64,000 bases of DNA from a bacterium. GTDB taxonomy: Bacteria; JADJOY01. Both the position numbers and the translations under genes were made by a program. Below are positions 56,979 to 64,000 of the stretch, in pieces (positions within the stretch are counted from its first letter, which is position 1; each line of letters starts with the position of its first letter). Location: the NCBI GenBank assembly GCA_046331705.1, contig JAXLQJ010000014.1:1-64000 (forward strand), in the 5' to 3' direction. The notes below the pieces were generated by a model. That model was not told the origin of the DNA. It saw nothing but the letters and a program-made list of their open reading frames with translations, and searched no databases.

Positions 56979-57458
56979 TCAGTGCGCCTCGCGGACCACG
57001 CCGGATTTCCGGATCACGCGGTTCGTCCACCAGCGCGTCGCCCATGCCGTGGGTCCGCCGCCGCCGCGCGCGCTCTTGAGCTGAGCGAAGAGCGCGCCCA
57101 CGGCCTTGGCGGCCTGCGCATCGCCGGTCAACTGCACCTGGCCGCTCGAATGCACCGTGGCCCAGGACGCGACACCCGAGAGCAAGCGCATGAACAGCTC
57201 GTCCGGCAGCGTGACGGTCCCCTGTGGCGCGGCGTGGCTGCCGGCCGCGAGGCGCACCGTGCCACCCTCGACCACCACCTGGAACGCGCCGCCGGCTTTG
57301 CCGGTCACGTCGAAGTTGAGCGCGCCCTGGAAGCCCGCCCTCTCGATGGCCGCGTTGCCACCGGGAAGCGAGCCCTTGAGCAGCCGCGTCCAGAACGCCG
57401 CGCTCGAGACGAACGCGTCGAACCCTTCCTTGCTGTGAATCGTCTCTTGGTAAGCCAT
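56979..57458 (-). CDS. SCP2 sterol-binding domain protein
   Basis: LNFDVTGKAGGAFQVVVEGG, SGQVQLTGD. Confidence 0.75.
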   Translation of the reverse strand: MAYQETIHSKEGFDAFVSSAAFWTRLLKGSLPGGNAAIERAGFQGALNFDVTGKAGGAFQVVVEGGTVRLAAGSHAAPQGTVTLPDELFMRLLSGVASWATVHSSGQVQLTGDAQAAKAVGALFAQLKSARGGGGPTAWATRWWTNRVIRKSGVVREAH

Positions 57459-57596
57459 GGCGCGGAATCTAGTGACCGCCGCGGAAGCGAGTCAACCAAA
57501 CGGCAGGCCGCCCGCCGCCGCTCCCGTTGCCGGGGTCGAGCCCCGAAAGCAGACTGAACGACCGCACCGCGCCATCCCGCGGGCGAATGGAGCTCG

Positions 57597-58637
57597 ATGG
57601 CCTTCAACGATCGCTTCCTGCGCGCCTGCCGGCGCGAGCCCGTCGACCGGACCCCGGTGTGGATCATGCGGCAGGCGGGGCGCTATCTCCCCGAGTACCG
57701 CGCGGTGCGCGCTGGAATCCCGTTCCTGACGCTCTGCAAGACGCCGGAGAAGGCCGCCGAGGTCACGCTTCAACCCATCGACATCCTCGGCGTGGACGCG
57801 GCGATCCTGTTCTCGGACATCCTGATCCCGCTCGAGCCGCTCGGCATCGGGGTGCGCTTCGACGAGGGCGGACCGGTGCTCGAGCCTCCCGAGCTGAGCC
57901 TCGCCGCCATCGAGCGCCTGGGCATCCCCGACCCCACCGAGACCGTCCCGTTCGTCCTCGAGACCATCCGAATCCTGCGCCGCGAGCTCGCGGGTCGCGT
58001 GCCACTGATCGGCTTCGCCGGCGCGCCGTTCACGTTGGCGAGCTACGTCGTCGAGCGCGGCGGCAGCAAGGACTTCCTCACGCTCAAGCGGCTCTGCTTC
58101 GAGTCCCCGCGCGTCGCGCACGCGCTGCTCGGCAAGCTCGCCGACACCGTCGGCGCCTACCTGGCCGCGCAGATCGAAGCCGGCGCGCAGGCGGTTCAGA
58201 TCTTCGACACCTGGGCGGGTATCCTGTCGCCACGCGACTACGACGAGTTCGCGGGTCCCTACGTGCGACGGGTCATCGAAGCGCTGCCCAACCCCGGCGT
58301 GCCCGTGATCCATTACGTGAACGGCGGCGCGGCATTGCTGGAGCGGATGCGGGCAGCGGGCGGCGACGTGATCGGGATCGACTGGAAGCAAAGCCTGGCC
58401 AGCGCGCGCGCGCGGCTCGGCACGGACGTGGCCGTGCAAGGCAATCTCGATCCGGTGGCGCTCTTCCTGCCCGAGCCCGAGCTCGAGCAGCGCGTCAGGG
58501 AGATCCTGGACGAGGCGGGCCCGGCGCCGGGCCACGTGTTCAACCTCGGCCACGGCATCTTCCCGCAGACCGCGCCGGAGCGGGCTCGATTTCTCGTGGA
58601 CTGCGTTCACCGGCTGAGCGAGAAGCCGCAGCGATGA
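57597..58637 (+). CDS. hemE: Uroporphyrinogen decarboxylase
   Basis: PVWIMRQAGRYLPEY, DAAILFSDIL, LIGFAGAPFTLASY, QGNLDP, FNLGHG. Confidence 0.97.
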   Translation: MAFNDRFLRACRREPVDRTPVWIMRQAGRYLPEYRAVRAGIPFLTLCKTPEKAAEVTLQPIDILGVDAAILFSDILIPLEPLGIGVRFDEGGPVLEPPELSLAAIERLGIPDPTETVPFVLETIRILRRELAGRVPLIGFAGAPFTLASYVVERGGSKDFLTLKRLCFESPRVAHALLGKLADTVGAYLAAQIEAGAQAVQIFDTWAGILSPRDYDEFAGPYVRRVIEALPNPGVPVIHYVNGGAALLERMRAAGGDVIGIDWKQSLASARARLGTDVAVQGNLDPVALFLPEPELEQRVREILDEAGPAPGHVFNLGHGIFPQTAPERARFLVDCVHRLSEKPQR

Positions 58638-60025
58638 GCTCCTCCACGCTGCCGCGCGTCACCGCCGAGTTGCTGGCGCGCTACGACCGTCCCGGTCCTC
58701 GCTACACGAGCTACCCGACCGCCGTCGAGTTCCACGACGGGTTCGGCGCCGACGAGGAAAGCGACGCGCTGACCCGCGCCAACGCGCAGCCCGACGAGCC
58801 GCTCTCGCTCTACTTCCACATTCCGTTCTGCGAGTCGATGTGCACGTTCTGCGGCTGCAGCGTGGTGATCCGTCGCGATCACGAGGCGGCGGCGCCGTAC
58901 CTGGAGCGGCTGCGCCGCGAGATCGAGCTGGTGGCCGAGCGGCTCCCGGATCGCCGCAAGGTCGTGCAGCTCCATTGGGGTGGCGGGACGCCCAACTTCC
59001 TGAGCGAGGCGCGCATGGGCGCGCTCTTCGAGACCATCACGCGGCACTTCACGCTGACACCCGACGCCGAGGTCGCCCTCGAGATCGATCCGCGCACCGC
59101 GAGCCCCTCCCAGATCGACTTCCTGCGCGGGCTGGGCTTCAACCGCGTCAGCATGGGCATCCAGGACTTCACGCCCGAGGTGCAGCAGGCGGTGAACCGG
59201 ATCCAGCCGGAGGCGATGACGCGCTCGATCTTCGACCGCGCCCGCGAGCGCGGCTTCGAGAGCATCAACGTCGACCTCATCTACGGATTGCCCTTCCAGA
59301 CCGAGGAAACCTTCCAGCGCACCCTCGACGCGGTGGTGAACATGGCGCCCGATCGCGTGGCGGTGTTCAGCTTCGCGTACGTGCCCTGGCTCAAGCCACA
59401 CCAGCGCAAGATCGACGCGGCTTCCATGCCGGCGACCGAGGCCAAGTTCGCGCTCTTCGCGCGCGCCATCGAGACCTTCGCCGCCGCTGGTTACCAGCAG
59501 ATCGGCATGGACCACTTCGCCAAGCCCGGCGACGAGCTCTGCCGCGCCCTCGAGCGCCGCAAGGTCGGGCGGAACTTCCAGGGCTACACCGTCAAGGAAA
59601 CCGGCGACCTCATCGGCTTCGGCATGACCGCGATCGGCGACGTCCAGGGCAGCTACGCACAGAACCTGAAGGAGCTGGGCGAGTACTTCGGCGCCATCGA
59701 CGCCGGCCGGCTCGCCACCCATCGCGGCATCCTCCTCACCGAGGAAGACAAGCTCCGACGCTTCGTGATCACCGCGCTCATGTGCAACTTCGCCGTGAGC
59801 CCCGCGGAGGTGGAGGCGCGCTTCGACGTGCGCTTCCGCGAGCACTTCGCCCGCGAGCTGGCGGAGCTCGCGCCGCTCCTCGACGAGGGCTTCATCCAGG
59901 ACACCGGAGACTGGATCGAGGTGACGCCGCTCGGCCGGCTCTTCATCCGCAACGTCGCCATGCCGTTCGACACGTATCTCAAGCGCAAGAGCGGCGAGAA
60001 GCCGGTGTTCTCGCGCACGGTGTGA
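58634..60025 (+). CDS. hemN: Oxygen-independent coproporphyrinogen III oxidase
   Basis: GPRYTSYPTA, HIPFCESMCTFCGC, HWGGGTP, IGMDHFAKP, RNFQGY, FSRTV. Confidence 0.96.
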   Translation: MSSSTLPRVTAELLARYDRPGPRYTSYPTAVEFHDGFGADEESDALTRANAQPDEPLSLYFHIPFCESMCTFCGCSVVIRRDHEAAAPYLERLRREIELVAERLPDRRKVVQLHWGGGTPNFLSEARMGALFETITRHFTLTPDAEVALEIDPRTASPSQIDFLRGLGFNRVSMGIQDFTPEVQQAVNRIQPEAMTRSIFDRARERGFESINVDLIYGLPFQTEETFQRTLDAVVNMAPDRVAVFSFAYVPWLKPHQRKIDAASMPATEAKFALFARAIETFAAAGYQQIGMDHFAKPGDELCRALERRKVGRNFQGYTVKETGDLIGFGMTAIGDVQGSYAQNLKELGEYFGAIDAGRLATHRGILLTEEDKLRRFVITALMCNFAVSPAEVEARFDVRFREHFARELAELAPLLDEGFIQDTGDWIEVTPLGRLFIRNVAMPFDTYLKRKSGEKPVFSRTV

Positions 60026-60122
60026 GCGGAGAGACCGGCTCCCGCCGATCCGTGGTGCGCCGCGAGCGCGACGCACCACGGCCGAGCAAGAGCCGGTTAC
60101 CCGAGGCTGATTGGATGGCTCG

Positions 60123-61550
60123 ATGAAACGCGTGGTGGTGATCGGAGGCGGCATCTCGGGGCTCGCGACCGCGTATCGCCTCGCCCGAGGCGCCGAAGCA
60201 GCGGGCGCGCCGCTCGCGCTCACCGTCCTCGAGGCCGAACCCCGCGCGGGCGGCAAGATCGTGACCGAGCGCCGCGACGGCTTCACGGTCGAGGGTGGCC
60301 CCAATGGCTTTCTCGACGGCAAACCGGAGACGCTTCGCCTCGCCCGCGACCTCGGACTCGGCGATCGGCTGCTCGCGAGCTCGGATGCTGCGCGCAAGCG
60401 CTTCGTGTTCCGTCACGGCGCCTTGCACGCGCTTCCCGAGAGCCCGCCGGCCTTCTTCCGTTCGCGGCTGCTCAGCGTGCGCGGTCGGTTGCGCATCCTC
60501 GCCGAGCCCTTCATCCGGCCCGCTCCCCCCGAGCTCGACGAGAGCCTCGCCGCGTTCGGCCGCCGGCGCCTCGGCGCGGAGGCCGTGGACGCGTTGCTCG
60601 ACCCGATGGTGTCGGGCGTGTACGCGGGAGACCCCAACCACCTGTCGGTGTGGGCCTGCTTCCCGCGCATCAAGGAGCTCGAGCGCGATCACGGCAGCCT
60701 CATCCGCGCGCTCTTCGCCGTCCAGCGCGAGCGGCGCAAGGCGCTCGCGAGCGGCCAAGCGCTCGGACCCGGCGGCGGTCCGGGCGGTCCGTCGGGGAAG
60801 CTCACGAGCTTCGCCGAGGGTACGCAGCTGCTCGTCGACACGCTGCACGCAGCACTCGGCGAGCGGGTGCGCGTGGCGGCGGCGGTGCGCGGGATCAGCG
60901 GCGGCGGAGAGGCCTCGTATCGAGTCCATCTCGATCGCGACGAGCGACTCGAGGCCGACGCGGTGGTGCTCGCCTGCCCGGCCTACGCCACCGCCGAGAT
61001 CCTGGCCGAGATCGCACCCGCAGCGTCGCGCGCGGCGCACGAGATCTCGTACGCGCCGGCCGTGGTGGTCGCGCTCGGCTTCGAGCGCGCCGCCGTCTCG
61101 CACCCGCTCGACGGCTTCGGATTCCTGATCCCCCGCCACGAGGGACGCCGAATCCTCGGCAGCCTGTGGACGTCGAGCATCTATCCGGGGCACCGCGCAC
61201 CGAACGGACGCGTGCTGCTGCGCACGATCGTGGGCGGCGCGCGCAATCCCGAGCTCGCCGGTCTCGCCCCCGACGAGCTGGTGGTGCTGGTGCGCGACGA
61301 GCTGCGCGCGATCCTCGGCATCGACGCCGAGCCCGTCTTCCGCGAGGTCTTCGCGTGGCCGGTGGCGATTCCGCAGTACGACGTGGGCCATCGCGATCGC
61401 GTGGCGCGCGTGGAGCGCGGCCTCGCCCACCTGCGCGGGCTCTTCGTCACCGGGAACGCCTATCGCGGCGTGGGAATCAACGATTGCACGCGTGAAGCGG
61501 AGAACACGGCTCAGCGCGTTCTCGCCACGCTCACCAGCGGTGCCGCGTAA
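60123..61550 (+). CDS. hemY: Protoporphyrinogen oxidase (HemY type)
   Basis: VIGGGISGL, RAGGKI, EGGPNGF, GVYAGDP, GFGFLIP, AIPQYDVGH, YRGVGINDC. Confidence 0.93.
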   Translation: MKRVVVIGGGISGLATAYRLARGAEAAGAPLALTVLEAEPRAGGKIVTERRDGFTVEGGPNGFLDGKPETLRLARDLGLGDRLLASSDAARKRFVFRHGALHALPESPPAFFRSRLLSVRGRLRILAEPFIRPAPPELDESLAAFGRRRLGAEAVDALLDPMVSGVYAGDPNHLSVWACFPRIKELERDHGSLIRALFAVQRERRKALASGQALGPGGGPGGPSGKLTSFAEGTQLLVDTLHAALGERVRVAAAVRGISGGGEASYRVHLDRDERLEADAVVLACPAYATAEILAEIAPAASRAAHEISYAPAVVVALGFERAAVSHPLDGFGFLIPRHEGRRILGSLWTSSIYPGHRAPNGRVLLRTIVGGARNPELAGLAPDELVVLVRDELRAILGIDAEPVFREVFAWPVAIPQYDVGHRDRVARVERGLAHLRGLFVTGNAYRGVGINDCTREAENTAQRVLATLTSGAA

Positions 61551-61859
61551 CGGCACCGTGACGGGGATGGGACCGACGCATTTCGGCCCGACCGTGCATT
61601 TGTCACCCAGGCTGGCTCGCCCGGCCAGGTCCGCCCGGAACCAGCGCGGATCGGCACGACTGCGAAGCGCCAGCAGCGGCTAGATCCACGCATCGCCCCC
61701 GCGCGAGCCGTGGCGCGCGCGGACGCCTCCAACGCGCCGATATCGTGAAGATTGTGCTGCGGCTAACGATCGGGCAGCCACGCCGATGCGAGCGGCCGAG
61801 GAGGCCGGCTTGCCGCACCGAGGAATCCCGCTCGCGGCGAGAGGCACGACGCTCGGCGC

Positions 61860-61875
61860 TGGCCCTGAGTTTGCT
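61860..61875 (+). promoter_or_regulatory. Possible sigma54 promoter for the patatin gene
   Basis: TGGCCCTGAGTTTGCT with GG-N10-GC spacing in a ~400-bp intergenic region. Confidence 0.5.
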
Positions 61876-61958
61876 GTGATCTTTCCCGCACCAGCTCGGC
61901 GCGTTGTGTCCATGGCGCGCTGCGTCTAAGCTCCGGCCCGTCGACGAGGAGGCTCCGG

Positions 61959-63275
61959 ATGAGCGGTTTCCAGAAGCAGTGGATCGAGAACCGCGGGATC
62001 ACGATCATCCGCAAATGCGACCCCGCGCAACGGCGCAACCGACCGAGCAAGGTGGCGCTGGTGCTGGCGGGCGGAGCCATCAGCGGCGGCGGCTACAAGC
62101 TCGGCGGGCTCCGCGCGCTGGACGACTTCCTGATCTCGCGCACCGACGGCCGCGTCTCCCGTCCCTTCGGCGTGCCCGACTTCGACACCTTCGTGGGGCT
62201 TTCCGCCGGCGCCGTGTTCGCGTCGGCGCTGAGCGCCGGCATCACGCCCACGGACCTCTTCCAGATCATCGACGGCACCAGCAGCAAGTACGTGAACTTC
62301 ACGCCACTCCATTTCATGTGGCCGAACTCCGTCGAGTTCGTGGACCGGCTCGACATGTTCGTGCGCAAGGAAGTGGAGGTGTTCGCGAACTGGCTGCGCG
62401 GCCTCGAGAACCCGCGCACCACCGCGCCGTTCACGCTCCCCGAGACGCTGGTGAAAGCCACCACGGTGCTCACCCGGCTCATTCCCACCGGCTTCTTCAG
62501 CACCGCCAGCCTGGAGCGCTTCCTGCGCAAGAACCTGCGGCGGGCCGGCATCCCGAACCACTTCGCGCGTGCCTACAAGAAGAGCGGCAAAGAGCTCTAC
62601 CTGACCGCCGTCGACGTGAACACCGGGCGCAAGATCGTGTTCGGTCACGACGAGCATTACCGCGACGTACCGATCACCCAGGCGGTCGTCGCCTCGTGCG
62701 CGCTGCCCGGCTGGTTCCGCACCGTGCGGCTCCAGAACCCCCATTTCGGCGAGGCCGGCGAGCGACGCCATCTCGACCTCGCCGACGGCGGCATCGTGCG
62801 CACCGCCAACATCAAGACCGCGCTCGCCAAGGGCGCGGACTTGGTGGTCTGCTACAACCCGTTCCGACAGATCCAGTACACCAACCTCGAGCGCTCGCTC
62901 TACGAGCACGGAGCGTACGCGCTCATCAGCCAGTACTTCCGCATCATGCTCGGCACGCGGCTCGAGCTCGCCCGCGAAGGCTTCTTCAACGACGACAGCG
63001 TGCAAGCCGACATGGTCTTCATCGAGCCCGCCGAGGACGACTACCTCTTCTTCCTGATCAACCCGGTCAACGCCTGGTCGCGGCATCAGGCGGCCGAGCA
63101 TGGGTTCAGCGCGGTGCGCGAGGCGATCGAACAGAACTTCCCGGTGTTGCGCGACGTGTTCCGCGCCCACGGCATCACCCTCGGCACCCGCCGCGCCGAC
63201 CGCGATGCAGCGCGCTTGGACGCCGCCCATCACGACGGGACGGCGATCCAGGACGTGATGGAATCGAGCGCGTGA
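61959..63275 (+). CDS. Patatin-like phospholipase
   Basis: ALVLAGGAISGG (oxyanion hole), GLSAG (nucleophile), ASCALPG, DGG; GAGGAGG RBS. Confidence 0.9.
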   Translation: MSGFQKQWIENRGITIIRKCDPAQRRNRPSKVALVLAGGAISGGGYKLGGLRALDDFLISRTDGRVSRPFGVPDFDTFVGLSAGAVFASALSAGITPTDLFQIIDGTSSKYVNFTPLHFMWPNSVEFVDRLDMFVRKEVEVFANWLRGLENPRTTAPFTLPETLVKATTVLTRLIPTGFFSTASLERFLRKNLRRAGIPNHFARAYKKSGKELYLTAVDVNTGRKIVFGHDEHYRDVPITQAVVASCALPGWFRTVRLQNPHFGEAGERRHLDLADGGIVRTANIKTALAKGADLVVCYNPFRQIQYTNLERSLYEHGAYALISQYFRIMLGTRLELAREGFFNDDSVQADMVFIEPAEDDYLFFLINPVNAWSRHQAAEHGFSAVREAIEQNFPVLRDVFRAHGITLGTRRADRDAARLDAAHHDGTAIQDVMESSA

Positions 63276-63386
63276 GCAGCGCTGGCCGCCGCGCGACGCG
63301 GCGGCCTCGCCATCCATCACGCGCGGGCGCTATTCTCCGCCGCTCGCACGTTCTGCCGCGCGGTGCGCGCCGCACCGCACCTCAAC

Positions 63387-63461
63387 GGCCCCGTAGTCCA
63401 ACGGTTAGGACGCTGGCCTTTCAAGCCGGAAGCCCGGGTTCAACTCCCGGCGGGGTCACCA
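63387..63461 (+). tRNA. tRNA-Glu (anticodon TTC)
   Basis: GGCCCCG..CGGGGTC acceptor stem, CTGGC-CTTTCAA-GCCGG anticodon arm, GGTTCAACTCC T arm, encoded CCA. Confidence 0.96.
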
Positions 63462-63528
63462 GATAGTCGCTCCGGAAGTCGTTTGATTCCGCGTCGTTAG
63501 AGTCATCGTCACCGTCCTCATCGGCCTC

Positions 63529-63560
63529 GGGACCAAGCCCGGGACCAAAAGTGGGACCAA
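63529..63560. repeat. Three direct repeats GGGACCAA with 12-bp period (integrase arm-type site-like)
   Basis: GGGACCAA at 63529, 63541 and 63553. Confidence 0.75.
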
Positions 63561-63659
63561 ACTCGCGCGGGGCGGTCGCTGTGGCCGCTGCCGGGAACGC
63601 GTGGACCTTCGTCAGCTCGCCCCTCACGCGGCGCTTGTGCATCGCGGCGCACATCGACG

Positions 63660-64000
63660 CCCCCCCCGCCGACCACCTCTCCAACGCCACCGCCACATAC
63701 CCCGGCGAGAGCTCGATCGCCCGGCACGCACGCCCCAACCGCTCGCACGCCGAGATCGTAGTCCCCGAGCCCGAGAACGGCTCGTAGACCAGCCCGTCCC
63801 ACGAGCGCAGCACCGCCGTCACCAGCGGCACGCTGAACGGCGCGGGGTGGCCGTCGACGCCGCCCTTCTGGCGCTGGATGCGGAACACGCTGTCCGGGAT
63901 CTTGTGCGTCTGGATCTCGTCGCTCGTCACCGCGGCGAACGAGCCGTCGGCGCTGCGGAGCGCACCACCGGTCTCGCCCGCGTGAATGCATTCGACCCCT
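63660..64000 (-). CDS. C-terminal part of an N4/N6 DNA methyltransferase (phage type); 5' part outside window, 3' end apparently aberrant
   Basis: Frame open to the window edge; HKIPDSVFRIQRQKG..HPAPFSV, VYEPFSGSGTT (SAM motif I), ACERLGRACRAIELSPGYVAVALERW. Confidence 0.8.

Larger units (their letters stand above)
63462..64000. mobile_element. Edge of an integrated element/prophage remnant at tRNA-Glu
   Basis: Phased GGGACCAA repeats just downstream of the tRNA and a phage-type DNA methyltransferase fragment pointing toward the tRNA. Confidence 0.6.

Noticed and set aside
56803-57045. 80-aa ORF between the SCP2 and BKACE genes
   Set aside because: Overlaps the SCP2 gene in another frame; Pro/Arg-rich with no recognisable motif
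57597-63461. Functional clustering of tRNA-Glu with hem genes (C5 pathway)
   Set aside because: The tRNA is separated from hemE-N-Y by a patatin gene and a long spacer, and hemL is ~56 kb away; proximity may be coincidental

Overview
Very GC-rich, densely coding chromosomal window from what appears to be a deltaproteobacterial lineage (Myxococcota/Binatota-like; inferred from MglA-family GTPases, hemL-atpZ linkage, HemY-type PPO and FHA/Ser-Thr kinase signalling). Left to right it holds: an atpZ-like gene running off the left edge and hemL; a complex I operon encoding only the membrane arm (nuoA-H-J-K-L-M-N); a glutathione peroxidase; a sigma54-driven large surface protein; epmA; a divergent lipid/sterol-oxidation cluster (ALDH, APH kinase-SCP2-beta-barrel fusion, SDR // CYP125-like P450, TetR, NMO) with a palindromic operator; a PEP-utilising protein lacking its ATP-grasp domain; a tandem array of ~150-bp highly structured repeats; a long minus-strand run with a split plant-type FAAH amidase and four glycosidase-family genes; a Ser/Thr kinase coupled to an FHA-GGDEF protein; a small Xis/BldC-like HTH gene; biotin carboxylase/BCCP; an MglA-like GTPase fused to a DNA-binding HTH followed by a degenerate MglA-like pseudo-GTPase-TPR protein; xseA-xseB-ispA-tlyA without dxs; two GT-C-type membrane proteins; hemE-hemN-hemY; a patatin; and tRNA-Glu(TTC) followed by the edge of an integrated, probably decayed element. 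The best candidates for an undescribed system are the GTPase-HTH/pseudo-GTPase pair, the structured repeat array, the split FAAH and the tri-domain lipid kinase. All calls come from visual motif recognition; no database searches were run.
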